Notes: generated from the sequence alone by a model not told the origin. Shown: positions 13,210-25,403, counted from the first letter of the stretch. The stretch is DNA of 64,000 nucleotides from Octopus vulgaris (GCA_951406725.2 OX597817.1:28582001-28646000); one strand, 5' to 3'. Translations and numbers: made by a program.

Positions 13210-14210
13210 TAGTTTTGTACATGTTTTGTAATGTCAAGATCAGAAGCATGAGGTGTTTTGGATTGCTAGGCAATGGGTTTGAGAGAAGAATATTTATAGA
13301 ATGGCAATTGTACACATTCTCTTACTGGTGCAGAAAAGAAAGTGATACGGATGTGGTACTATTAGAAGCTCTTGAATGTAGAGAATTCACGGGGGAAGAT
13401 TTGGAATCTCTTCCAAGTATATTAAACAGAGGGACCTGCCATTCAAGTCAACAGTAGTATGACAGACAGGACAATTAAGGATATGAAGGTTGAGAAAGTG
13501 CCTAGTCTGTTGAGAATTACCTATTTCTTTATTACCCACAAGGGGCTAAACACAGAGGGGACAAACAAGGACAGACATAGGTATTAAGTCGATTACATCG
13601 ACCCCAGTGCGTAACTGGTTATTGAGAATTACCACAGAGATGCTTAGCAAGTTTGGCAGAGTAGGATGTGGGCTAGTCATTTGTATTATCAATCAGGAAC
13701 ATGTCAATCCTAATATGACGGGTATAGCTGCATCACTGTAACTTTACTACAAGGGCTAAAAAGAGAGCTAGAGAGGGCAAATAACAGTGGTACCAAATTG
13801 CTGGTCAAATTTATAAAAATTGCAGAAAGAGCTATAACTCAATTGATTGGGAACAAAGTTAGCTAAGATGTGATAGTGTTTGGCTTTATGTCAGGAGAGT
13901 AGTACTGGTGCAATTTTCCTTGTGAGCCAAATGTAGGAAAAGCACTAAGCTAGAAATAAGCTGCTCTACCTCAGTTTTTGGCAGGGTTCCATATTCTGTG
14001 CCCTAGTGGTCACTTAGATAAATGGTTTGTGACGACAGCACTCCCTCATGATGTTCTCCAGCATGGCAAACTAAATAGCCAGTTGTGATAATTAAATTGC
14101 CATTATTTGATATTGGAGTATTCTTGAGAAAGGGTTTCATTAAAGCACTTGGTGTTATAGTGGTCAGAGACATCTTTCTATATATGGCGAGAGATGTGCT
14201 TTCATATGTA
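13210..14210 (-). mobile_element. Old LINE relic (endonuclease-side region)
   Basis: Purine-rich + strand like the other antisense LINE relics. Minus-strand IDMFLID resembles the APE LDLxL motif. Weak. Confidence 0.35.
13522..13621 (-). mobile_element. Young 5'-truncated SINE fragment with 12-bp TSD
   Basis: Perfect direct repeat TTGAGAATTACC at 13510-13521 and 13622-13633. CpGs are retained (gtcgattacatcgaccccagtgcg). Confidence 0.85.
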
Positions 14211-14789
14211 TGTTTTTTTTTTTTTTTTTTACCTTGAGAATCAGATAGTTTGTGTGAAAATAAAGCTCTAGGTATTCTAATGCATTATAACAAGTATAAG
14301 ATTATTTATATTCTAAGAAGAATAATGTTCAGTGCAGCTGACTTTTGAAGGTTGAGTTTTCTTAGACGTTAAACATTTTGCCTAAGAAGTTTCTTTCATT
14401 ATAAAGTTTAATATTTTGGCATAGAGAATAACTAAATTGAACCTTATATGGGCCAAATTTTCTTTATTTTCTTTATATTAACTCATTTATAATCACTTGA
14501 GCCAACTTCTAATATAGAACAGACAGCATTTATTTTAGAAAATATTAAGTTCAACCTGATGGAATTACAAAGCAAATGAGAAGAGACATAACTATACTCA
14601 AAGCATTTTGTCAGATACACTTCTAATTCTGCTTTTTACTTCTCAGTAACATGAACAACATTGTGTCATTGAAAAGTTCGCTTCCTAAGCACATGGTTTG
14701 GGGTTCAGTTCCACTGTGTGGCACCCAGGTCTAACTGGAGTTTTGTAAGTGGATTTCATTGATGGAAACTAAAAGATCATCATATATAT

Positions 14790-15274
14790 ATATATATAAT
14801 AAAGGGTAAAATCATAAATGAGTTTTACCAAGTGGTCAGCGCAAAAATAAAACCCCATAGGTAAATTGATATAAATATTTTATAATTATATACGTAATTA
14901 TAACAAGGGCTGGCTTGCACCTCACCATGCACTGAAAAATAGATGTCAAAAGACACTATTGCCCCCATAAATTCTCTGAGAAAAATACACTAATAACCAC
15001 TCACAGTGTGTTTTTCTCGGAGAATTTATGGTGGCAATAGTGTCTTTTGATGTCTATTTATCAGTGTGTGGTGAGGCACAAGCCAAACCCTTGTTATAAT
15101 TATGTATATAATTATAAAATATATCTGTAAAATAATATGTGACAATTATTCAGTAGCCAAGACAAAACTCTTGGCTACTGAATAATTGTCACATTATTTT
15201 ACAGATAAATTCCTCTATTTACATAATATTGAGGTCTCTTTCTTTCTTTTGTTATCTTACCGTTTTTACCAATA

Positions 15275-15285
<11 letters not shown>
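14790..15285. mobile_element. Penelope-like/TA-inserted repeat fragments forming two fold-backs
   Basis: Bounded by (TA)n on both sides. Inverted arms 14875-14991/15005-15122 and 15123-15162/15169-15206. The family assignment is inference. Confidence 0.55.
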
Positions 15286-15311
<26 letters not shown>

Positions 15312-16394
15312 TGTGTGTGTTTAGATACCCTTGTCTTGACATATATATATATATGATATTTGTATGTGAGATATTTGTATGTGAGTTTCACTGACATAGA
15401 AGCAGCTCCATTCATTTCCAGTGTTCTGCAAAATCATGTCTGGTCATGAGGAACTATTACAATGTAACAATCTGGTGCTCCATTTAGGAATTGAACTTAT
15501 AAACACTTTTTAGAAATAAGGTTTTAAAGTATTTTATTTGTGATATATGTCTTCCTAATAAATTTTCAGCTTGCTGTCTCAATAGCTATCTGTATGGAAG
15601 CTTTCACAGATCTATAGTGTTACTTGAATGGTTATTAGGGCCTTTTTTTTTTGTGAAAATAGAATAGAATTCCATATATCTGCATGGTTTTGAGAATTAA
15701 ATGACTTTCAGTTTGGCTGCCTAACAATTAAATCACTCAACTGTAATGTGGGAAGTGATGCCATAGTTTTCAGCTTGATAGAATAAGTATCTAATGTAAA
15801 TGAGCCTTACCTAATTACTGCATGATTCATGTAGCTGTGTTTGAATTCTTGATTTAAGATTAATTATTCTCTCACTATGCCATTTGTGACAAATTCACAG
15901 CTTTCTATAAGATGCACTTCATAATTTACACCGCTGTTTTTATGGATTTCAGCTAGAATATAGAACGGTGGTCACTGGAATTAATCTACAATTCTGAAAC
16001 TTTATTTCATTTAGTAGCTTTCGAAGAATTATTATATCTCGCTGCTTGCGCTAGTTCATTTGCCTTAATCATAATGACTGTTGCAGCTCATTGAACATTT
16101 CCATCAGCAAAGATCCTTTTGTTGAATGTAGAGGAATAAAAAAAAAAAGAAAAATCAATAATTTTACAACATACATGACAGAAAATTGATAACTGCCTAA
16201 TTCTTCAACACATGGTTTCCTTGAAATATAAGCTTGGTGTTGATAACTAAAGATTATGGATAATTAACTACATTAGTTCAAGTCAATATATTCATACCAT
16301 TCTTTAGAAATGTTTCTAATTAGTAAGTATCAATATGGTTGGAAAATCAAGGAGAAACTTCAGAACTTCTCATATGTATTGATCCTTCAATCTC

Positions 16395-16755
16395 TCATTG
16401 TCTCTCCCACTCTCTCTATCTCTCTCTCTGCTTTTTATTACCTTTCTCTTTCATTTCTCTTCCCGTCATTCATTTTTCTTTGCCTTTCTCTCATTCATTT
16501 TCCCTCTATCACCTTTTCATTCTTTCTGTCTCTTGTCATCCTATCACTGCACATTTCTATATTTTCATCTTTTACTTTCCTTTTTCATTTCCTCTCTATC
16601 TTCTCTGCATATCCTGCACTCTTCCTTTCTTTTTTATGTTTTTTTTATCTGGATTTACTGTTTCCTTCTTTTCCTCCTTGCTTTCTTTTTCTTCCTTCCT
16701 TTCAAAATCTCTCTCTCTCTCTCTCTCTCTGTTTCTCTCTCTCTCTCCTTTCATC
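16395..16755. repeat. Polypyrimidine/(CT)n low-complexity tract
   Basis: Direct reading. Three overlapping F/S/L-rich ORFs. Confidence 0.85.
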
Positions 16756-17980
16756 CCAGAGATTTCTAGATAACAGGTTTAAAAAAACACTACTATTCAT
16801 CAATTATATGATTTTTCTTTGCTTTGTGTAGCTTCCTGTTCAGGTGTTAATGTTTGTGTTGGCACAACTCCTTCCCACCAACTTCAACTCCCTATTAAAT
16901 GAAGTACATTTAGCATGTTATCTTTACCATATAATGTACAAGCTAATAATGCCAGGTTATATGAAAGTGAGTCTGTTATCTACTATGGTACAAATCCCTA
17001 CCTAACTACAATGGCACTTGATATTTATTCCACCATGAACAGACAAAACATCACTTTAACAAAAGCTACGGTTGACTGCTGCTGTTAGTGATATGGTTAA
17101 ATACAAATTTCTGCTATTCAATGAAATCCCTATGGAAATCAAAGAGCAATATTCGAGATAGGTAAAAATCAATACAGCAGTGTAATTTTCATCTGGTTTT
17201 CTTTTTCTTTTGTTAAAATCTGTATTTCCTGACATGCTCCGATCACGATGTAGAGACACAAAAGCTAAACTGTCCTGGAAATTGTTTAAGTTATCATGTG
17301 AAAACATGTAGTGATCTGTTGCCCTTTTAAAACCCTGTTGTACCTATTATTTTCCATTTTGAGAAATGCACTGCTTGTGAGTGTTTTCAAATTTCTTGTG
17401 AAATAATTAAAAATATTCTAACATAATTTTGATTTACTTTCAAATAATTTTCAAAACTGTCTACATTATAAGAATTTAGAAAGTTTGAGAGGTATGAAGT
17501 AAATAACTTTTAATTGTTCAAGCTCCCTGGAAAGCTTTCAGCGTTTTTCTATCTTTTAACCAAATAGTCTGTATATGATTATTTATAACTTTTTCCACTT
17601 CAAGCTTTACCATCAAAAATAATTTAATTTTTAAAACTATTTTAGAAAATATGAAAAGTATTTCCGAAAGATGGGACTGAAGTTAATTTTTAATCAAATT
17701 ATTAATTATTCTCAGTTGTAAAAATGTTTAACTTGATATTACTTACACCACTGGTTTTTAATATAATAGTTGAGAAATTTGTTTTCCTAGTTTTTGTTTT
17801 GCTTTTTTAATTTCTTAATTTCCACTGAGATTTTGGCACTTTTTAAAAATAAATGTTTTATTTAACCCATGTTTGGAAGACATGGCAATTAGCAATTAGT
17901 AATTTTATTCACTCTACAGGTAATTTGTTATGATAAACCTGTATTGCTAAACATTTTGAATATAGATGCATATTATCTAG

Positions 17981-18282
17981 GATTGTAATTCTTAACTTGG
18001 TGGGGTCTGTAGACCCCTGGGGTCCACAAAAGTAGTATAGTATTGGAAATCTGTGAGTTAGGTCCAAAATTTTAGAGGGCTGCAGAGTAAAATTCATAAT
18101 TACACAATTATATTGTTTCTCAGTTGCTAATATCTTTCCATCGCAAGCTGAAGGTGGTGTAACAAGTTTAGTTGTTACTCAATAAAAAAAATCTCATTAA
18201 ATAGTCAGACTTTTCAAAAGCCTAGGAAAATTCATTTAAATAAAAGAGGAACCTTTGGTAGTGAAAAGATTGGGAACCACTG
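17981..18282. mobile_element. hAT-type MITE, degenerate left end
   Basis: Right end ttgggaaccactg (reverse complement CAGTGGTTCCCAA). Subterminal ggggtc..gacccc..ggggtcc motifs. Confidence 0.55.
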
Positions 18283-18989
18283 CTCAAAACAATATTCTTA
18301 ATCTTTATAAAAACAGATAAAATGAAATCTGGCTGTGAAAAATAAATGCAAAGCATGATTCAAAGGATGTGGTAGTTTCATTGCCTGTAAGCTTTAGTTC
18401 AAGTGGTCTGGAGATATTTGTGTAGGGTGTTAATTAACTGTACTGTATCCTGAAAGAAAGTCTTCATATCTTTCTTTTTTTCTTCTTCTTTTAGTGTTTT
18501 CAGATAGGAGGAATGCAAAATGCAACATATATTCTGTATCGCAATAGATTATTGAAAAGAGTTATGAAATAATATTGATTTTAGTTTAAAGGGATTTGCT
18601 GTTAAAGTTAACTGGCTGAGAATTTTTGTTTCAGGTAATTTTTCATTCCCTCATTTTCTAATCCTCTGCACCTGATAAGAACTGTAATTATTTCTTCTAT
18701 CTTCCACCCTTTGACTCACAATCTTCATGGTTAGTATCTATGTATTATAATGTGTTTAATCTTTTCTCATGTTATATTTGCTACCAGCATGATTACTCCA
18801 CTGCCCTTCCTTAATATTTCCATATCTACATTAGAAAATCATCTTCTTTAAGTTTCATGTAGAATATGTTTATAGAACTATATGATGAAAGAAGAATCTT
18901 TATCTTCCCAACCACATGCTTCTCGGTAACTATTCACACAGGACAGATATGTTAATTGATTCATTTTCAAAAGAAAGGCATGAAAGGAG

Positions 18990-19230
18990 AAAAATTATTT
19001 CTGTTAGGTGCAAAGGCTTTGGTTTGCTTAGATGGCTTGCAAAAGCATTAGATATTTTCTATTACCTAGATGCCATAATTAGTGCAGGAGGTAGTACTAG
19101 TGACAATGATGTTGTAGAAGTGTTGAAATATGTTCGAGAAAGCATTACCTCTTTTGGTAGCAAGCAACCTCTCTATGCAAGAAGCAAGCTGTATGAATGT
19201 GGAAGATCTGAATAAGTTTGCAAGAACTCT
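18990..19230 (+). mobile_element. Highly degenerate RTE ORF fragment
   Basis: DIFYYLDAIISAGG...VRE...SKLYEC aligns by eye with DNFCYLGDQISSQRG...FRE...GRLYDA of the 59727 ORF. Confidence 0.55.
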
Positions 19231-19254
19231 GAACTACTGGATGTGTTAAGTTCA

Positions 19255-19620
19255 TCATCATCATCTTCCCCATCATCATCTAACATCTGTTTTCCATGAT
19301 GTTATAGGCTACATAGTTTGACTGGAGCAGGTAAATCAGAGAGCTGCATTGGGCTCCAGTCTGTTTTGGTTTGGCTTCTATGTCTGAATGCCCTTCCTAA
19401 TGCCAACAACTCTATGAAGTGTACTGCGTGTCTCTTATGCGTCACTGGCATGGGTGCCAATTATGTGTCATTGGCATGAGTGCCCTTTATGTGTCTTCAC
19501 CACAGGTGCCAAATATGTGTCATTGGCACTGGTCTCAACCATAATTTCACTTAGCTTGTTGTGTCTTCTCAAGCATAGCAAATTGCTTATGGTCTTGGTC
19601 ACTTGCCATTGCCTCTGTGA
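19255..19620 (-). mobile_element. RTE LINE 3' end/3' UTR
   Basis: (CAT)n tail, atgcccttcctaatgccaac motif, and gtcttctcaagcatagc ORF-end motif. Confidence 0.7.
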
Positions 19621-22600
19621 GAGGAATTTTCTTGTATGAGCAGAAATACTTGTTATAGCATAAACATGTAATTGTAAATTGGTAACTCTTACACAAGTGC
19701 TATTAGCTAACAATAAACTAGAGGTTGAATAAGGAAGATGAGGAAAAACAAAGTGACATCAGGTCATAGAATTTTAATTCTTATGAATGAGATATTGCAA
19801 AATTGAGAATAACAGTATTCCGTATCAAAGATTCATTTAACTAATGCCAACATGATACTGGTGCAAAAATCATTTAGGCAGTGAAGATTACGATGGTGAT
19901 GCAGTTGTTATTAGTTTGTTAATATGCAGGTTAGAGGAAACAAACAAGTGATAATGGGAATGTGAATGTTTTTGTATTTGAGAAATATTTGTTTTACTTC
20001 TTTTGTGCAAGCATTCTGTTTTAATAAATATATGTATTCTATCTTAATACTGGAGTTGTTTCTTGCAAGTCTCACTTGCTCGCTCACTCATTCATCTATG
20101 AAGTTCAATGTAATTTTACTTGCCCTATTAACAAATGACACTAAGCAAATGTCAAAACATAACTGGCTGAATTGAAATCATTGTTATTGCTAACAGATTT
20201 TATGGTTATAGCTTAGCATCAAAGCTTGTGGCCATTTTATTATAAAAGAGCAGTGTTTAAAGCACAATTGCATGTATTAGTCTTGGGGAACATAAAACTG
20301 GGCTGAACTATTGTATTAATAGATGCAGCTTTACCAATAAAAGAACAGGGATAAATTAGCATATTTTCAAGTAATTATTTTCCCCAAACTTTGCATGTTA
20401 AGACAATATATTTGATAAGGAATTTATTGATCTTGTTTCTCATGAATGTGTGTGTTCACTCCATGGTTTGCTTTGGCTGGCAGAAGTTAAATGATGGATA
20501 CTCCAAACTGAAATTCCACAATTATATACTCCTTATATACTCTTGCATCAGTAAAAAGATAGCATTTCAGAGAGAGAGGGAGAGTGTGCGTGTGTGTGTG
20601 TTTGCCTGCAATGCACACTCCTTTGATTTTAAAGATAGTTTGTCATATCTTTCAATGAAAACCATACAAAATACTTCAGTAGGTTGTGCATAAAGTCATG
20701 GATTAAGCTGTGTCACTGTCATGGACTGCTACCGAATGATGAGTTTGACATGGTTAATCCCCACTTGAAAATCCAGAGGCTAGCCTTTTCAGAAAAATTG
20801 AACTGTAATATGGAAGGAATTGTTAAAAATATTCTTGCATTTGACTTGAACTTTTGCTACAGTGTCATGATGCAAATGATAGTACAAAACCAGACAGCAT
20901 GTGAAACTTACTTTGAAGAGCATTGTAAGTTTCCAAAATTTAGTGAATAAAAATATCTGCAATTCAGATGGGCAAAGGTTACATCGGTAATGTTTTATTT
21001 ATTTGATTTTTTTCGTTCACAAATCTTTTTTATTGGTGATTTTGCTGATATTAGAATCTGTTAGCTAGAAGAGACCAGTATCATTTTTTAACGACAATAC
21101 ACATCCTTATCCCTAACAAAATATTTTAAAAATTATACTGTGCTCTTACTGTGTATACTGATGAGATGCATAAACCTTTAATATTTAATTACAACTTAGT
21201 GGATTGAGTCACCAAGATTTAAATGTTCTGATTATACGTTCAGTTTTTCTAGCTACAAATTTTTGATTCTTGGTAATCCATCATTCTATTAACTAAGCTA
21301 TATTTTTGTTTTGTTTTTTTTTTTTTTTTTAGACTGAAACACTCAGGATAGTCTACATTTACATTACATTTATTAGATTTAGCACCTTAACACTTAACTT
21401 TATTCCAAATACTGAAAATTAAGATAATTGTTTGTCTATTATAATCATCAGTTTTGATAAATGATATTGATTAAAATTTTTATGCTATCAATGACTACAT
21501 CAGAAGGCCCAAAAATAAAAATGAAGGCAAACAAAATAAAAATAAAAATAATGGCATATTGTTGGAAGATAAAGTCCATTTATTTTGTGTATGGCTATAA
21601 TGTGATTTTATTTTGGCAGAAAAATGCAATTAAAGAATACATTTCAGATCTCAAACTTTTTATCATGCGTTTTTTTAAAAATTTCTTTGTTTATATCATA
21701 GTTTATCATTTTGCCGTTTTTTTTTAAATTTCTTTCTTGATAAGTATTTGAAATAAATTAAATGTTTTATACAGACACTAAGATATTGTACTTGACAGCC
21801 AATTTATGGAAATGCCTCATTTGCTAAAGACAAACTGCAGTTAAGAATAAAATCGTTTTACTTTTGCTTGCTATTCTCATTATTGGTATTGATTTGGTCA
21901 GTAGGACTGTCACAGATAGTCGAGAACCAGATTAAGTGCTTCTCTCAGTGAAATTCACATTTAGGTCAATATTGTTAATATTTTGGGGGTCCTATAATTC
22001 ATATTTGTAGTAACAAGCTGTTATTTGTGTTATCAATTCTTAAAATTCATCCATAGGTCAGTTTTGTATATATTTCTAGTTATTGTGAAGAACGACAAAG
22101 GATTTTTTTTACTAACATCAGTGTTTGAGAAAAAGGTACTTTATTTTATTAACACTGGAGGGATGAAAGAAACTGTTTGACCATGGAATGATTTTGGATT
22201 CGGAATGTAATGAACCATAAGAAATAATGCAATGCCTATCCTGTCTTTTTATCAAGTGTACTTTATCAAGCGTCGTTTCAATTTTACTACGGCAGTGTGT
22301 AACTTGAGAAGATTTGGTTGATATTTCTGCCAGGTTGAGCAACTATATAAACATTCCCCTACTGGCTCATATGCTGAATTTGAAATGATAGGTGAACAGT
22401 TTTGAATTAAACATCTTCTTAGGATCAAGGTTAATGTGCGTTTGTCTTTTATATTTCCAAATATATCAAAATGAATTGTCACTTATGAATGAATACTATT
22501 AGTTGACATAAAAGATTAATCACTGGAGAGTGGTATATTTAATTATATAGTTTATACCTATTGTTTTCCCTATTAAATCTTTTATCTCTGTTCATTTTTA

Positions 22601-23311
22601 TTGAAATTGCATACTAATTAGTATACAGTATATAGTAATTAGTATAAGTACTATTAATATACTTACTTTGCGATCAAGGGTACTCAGTAAACATTGAAGA
22701 AAAGCTTTTAATGATGGTTTGAAAATGAAATATTTTATTTCTTTCACACTGGATTTTTTTTTTGTTTTGATAAGCACAGTCTTTTTTTGTTTTATCAAAT
22801 AGTTTGAAGTAGAATGGCTGTGTTCATAAACTTCTTAGGTAAAATTAATGTAGTTGATACTTAACTTAAACTTCTTCAATAATGCATAATGTGGATAGGA
22901 AAGACGTCTCAGAGGTCTGCAGTTTGGGTACAAAATTTTGGACAATATAACTGAGTGTGTGGTTGGTGGTGAAGCACAGAAGGAATAAGAGGTGGGCTGG
23001 AAGCAGACCAACCAGAAGGTATGCACTTGCTAATTCAGAGACAAATGAACACTCTAGTAGTTGCAGAAAAGTTCAAAGGAGAATATAGCTCATAGATGTG
23101 TGAAAGGGTATCGTGGAAGTTTACCACTGAGTTAAACATCTTTGTGTTTTTAGAATACTTGTGCATGTAGTATTTCTTCTGTCACCTGCATCATCAGTAG
23201 TGTAAAGGAAAATTGTACATTGTATTAAAACAATAACAGTTTAGATCTATAGTATATTATGTGACTCTGATGAAAAGTTTTGGTTTTATTATAGATAAAT
23301 TGTTATCATGA

Positions 23312-23625
23312 GGTGCAGGAGTGGTTGTGTGGTAAGAAGCTTGCTTCTGAACCTTATGGATCTGGGTTCAGTCTCAGTGTGTAGTACCTTTCAGTAAGTG
23401 TCAACCAAAGCCTTGTGAGTGGATTTGGTTGGCGGAAACTGAAAGAAGCCCATTGTATACATGTGTAAATGTGTATTTGTCAGTCCTCCGCCACTGCTTG
23501 ACAACTGATGTTGATGTGTTTCAGTTTCAAAATTAAAAAGTCTTGGGGGTTAGTTCATTCTACTAATTCTTCGAGGCGGTGCCACAGCATAGCTGCAGGC
23601 TAAATGGCTGAAACAAATAAAAGAA
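23312..23625 (+). mobile_element. tRNA-derived SINE, near full length
   Basis: GGTGCAGGAGTGGTTGTGTGGTAAG A-box region, GGGTTCAGTCTC B-box-like, A-rich tail gaaacaaataaaagaa. Confidence 0.8.
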
Positions 23626-23973
23626 GGAAAAAAAGAATGAGAAATCATTGAAGATTGTAATACTTAATGTTAATATAGTTAGAGCTTTATATGTGATTTG
23701 TTTCAGTGCAGATGACATAAGGTAATATGTCATCTTGCTGTTTTCAGTGATTGTGTTTTGGCACAGTTGAAGGAGACAAGATAATCATGTTTTTATTGAG
23801 GTATGTTAGAGTATGTTTATGAGGTTCTTATTAATTCATTTAATATCTTTTTTACTATGCTAACATGGGATGGACAGGAATGTATTTGATGTAACATTTT
23901 ACAGTCTGATGCTCTTTCTGTTACCAACTTTTGCTTGTTTTTCAAGTTAGGGATACTTTCATTCTATAACAGG

Positions 23974-24190
23974 AAGGTTTACGAAAATAAACAAAAGACG
24001 AAGGCAGGTTTACGAAAATAAACAAAAGATGAAGGCAGGTGGAGTACAAACAAACAATGTATTAGTATGGCGCTCAGGAATAGAAATAAAACAAGTCTTT
24101 TATGTTTCGAGCCTACGCTCTTCGACAGAAAGATACACAGAAAAGAAACAAGGAGTGAAAAAAATTGCGTGATGGGGCTATGCCAACAAG
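23974..24190 (-). mobile_element. Penelope-like pLTR fragment with 31-bp tandem duplication
   Basis: aggtttacgaaaataaacaaaagaYgaaggc occurs twice. Contains a minimal hammerhead motif, a known PLE hallmark. Confidence 0.6.
24096..24133 (-). ncRNA. Minimal type I hammerhead ribozyme motif (variant core)
   Basis: Minus strand: TCTTT-CTGTCGAA-GAGC gtag GCTC-GAAAC-ATA-AAAGA. Stem I is TCTTT/AAAGA, stem II is GAGC/GCTC. Confidence 0.6.
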
Positions 24191-25340
24191 GAATGTCAAC
24201 ATCATTCCTTGTTTCACTCAAGGAAAGCCTTGAGATGTCAATATTCTTACTCACATGCACATAGTGAGCCTTCTACTTTTCCATCTGCCTTTCAGTCACA
24301 AAGCACTTGTCATTCTTAGATTAGTGTAAAAGTTACTTGCAGTGGGACTAAACCCAAAACCATGTGGTTGTGAAGCAAACTTATTAACCACATAGCCATA
24401 CCTGAATCATTGTTCATGCAAACTGTGTATGCATAGCTTGAGGCATCTAAGGTGCATGCGGATGATGCTTATGTGTGAAAGATTAATTCAGATATTGGAG
24501 AATTTGTTATATTGATATAACTTGTGTCTTGTTTCTTAAATGGAAACTTTTTATTGTTGAATTATTGCTTCATTTGGAATTTATTATTGTTTTATTATCA
24601 TACTTGGTATATAAGTTCATGCACCTTTCTCTTTCGTGATTTCAACATAAATATATAGCTTTCTGTTTCCTTCAGTTTCATCATTCTAATAACCAATCAT
24701 TTTCTTATTTGTATAATTATAATAATCTCTATTATGCAACAAACCCATTCACACCTAAAGGTGTATACTCTTGTTTGATCATTGAGGGTTATCCCGGTAC
24801 TCATCTTTTCTCTTCAGACTTTCAATACAGCCAAAATAATACCTAGACATGATAGAAGTTTTCAATGGATTTGTACTTCCTTTTCCTATCAATTTTCATC
24901 AAAAAGAATTTGAATTTGTCCATTTTTATTTTAGCGAAAAGTATTACTCAATAAAGTATTCTTTTATCAGTAAAAATTTTAAAAAGATATGTAAATATCA
25001 TTGAAAAGAAGAAGAAAAGGTGAAATATTTCCTACAATAGGCTTTGCAAATTTCCTTAGCTGAAATCTTTTTGTAAAAAGTTTTTTTAAAAATGTCTTGT
25101 TGCTATTTGAAGCTTATTTATTTCCATTTCACTTCCGCCTCCATCTCTCAATTTTGCTCTCTAAAAACAGGTAATAGTGTGGTATTGCTGCCGATCTGTG
25201 AAATAGAGAAAACAGCTTGGTGGCAAACAGCTGTCATCATTGATTGAGCTTCTTTTATGATTCTTTTCACCTTTTCATTTAAGAAGAAAATCTAAGATTT
25301 TTATTCCAAGCCACAAGAAAAAGTCAAACATAAAAAATAT

Positions 25341-25343
25341 GCA

Positions 25344-25403
<60 letters not shown>

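Noticed and set aside
16310-16831. Hydrophobic 173-aa ORF resembling a membrane protein
   Set aside because: A polypyrimidine tract lacks stop codons, so it is open in all three frames. The same applies to 11981 and 33425.
20684-20950. 88-aa ORF with internal GTAAGT donor
   Set aside because: No recognisable domain, non-ATG start and ambiguous acceptor. The tgtcatgga seed-like match to miR-281 does not extend.
23704-23740. Short hairpin AGATGACATA/TATGTCATCT; similar 11-bp stems at 24185-24213 and 37668-37692
   Set aside because: Stems are too short for pre-miRNAs and plausible by chance in AT-rich DNA.
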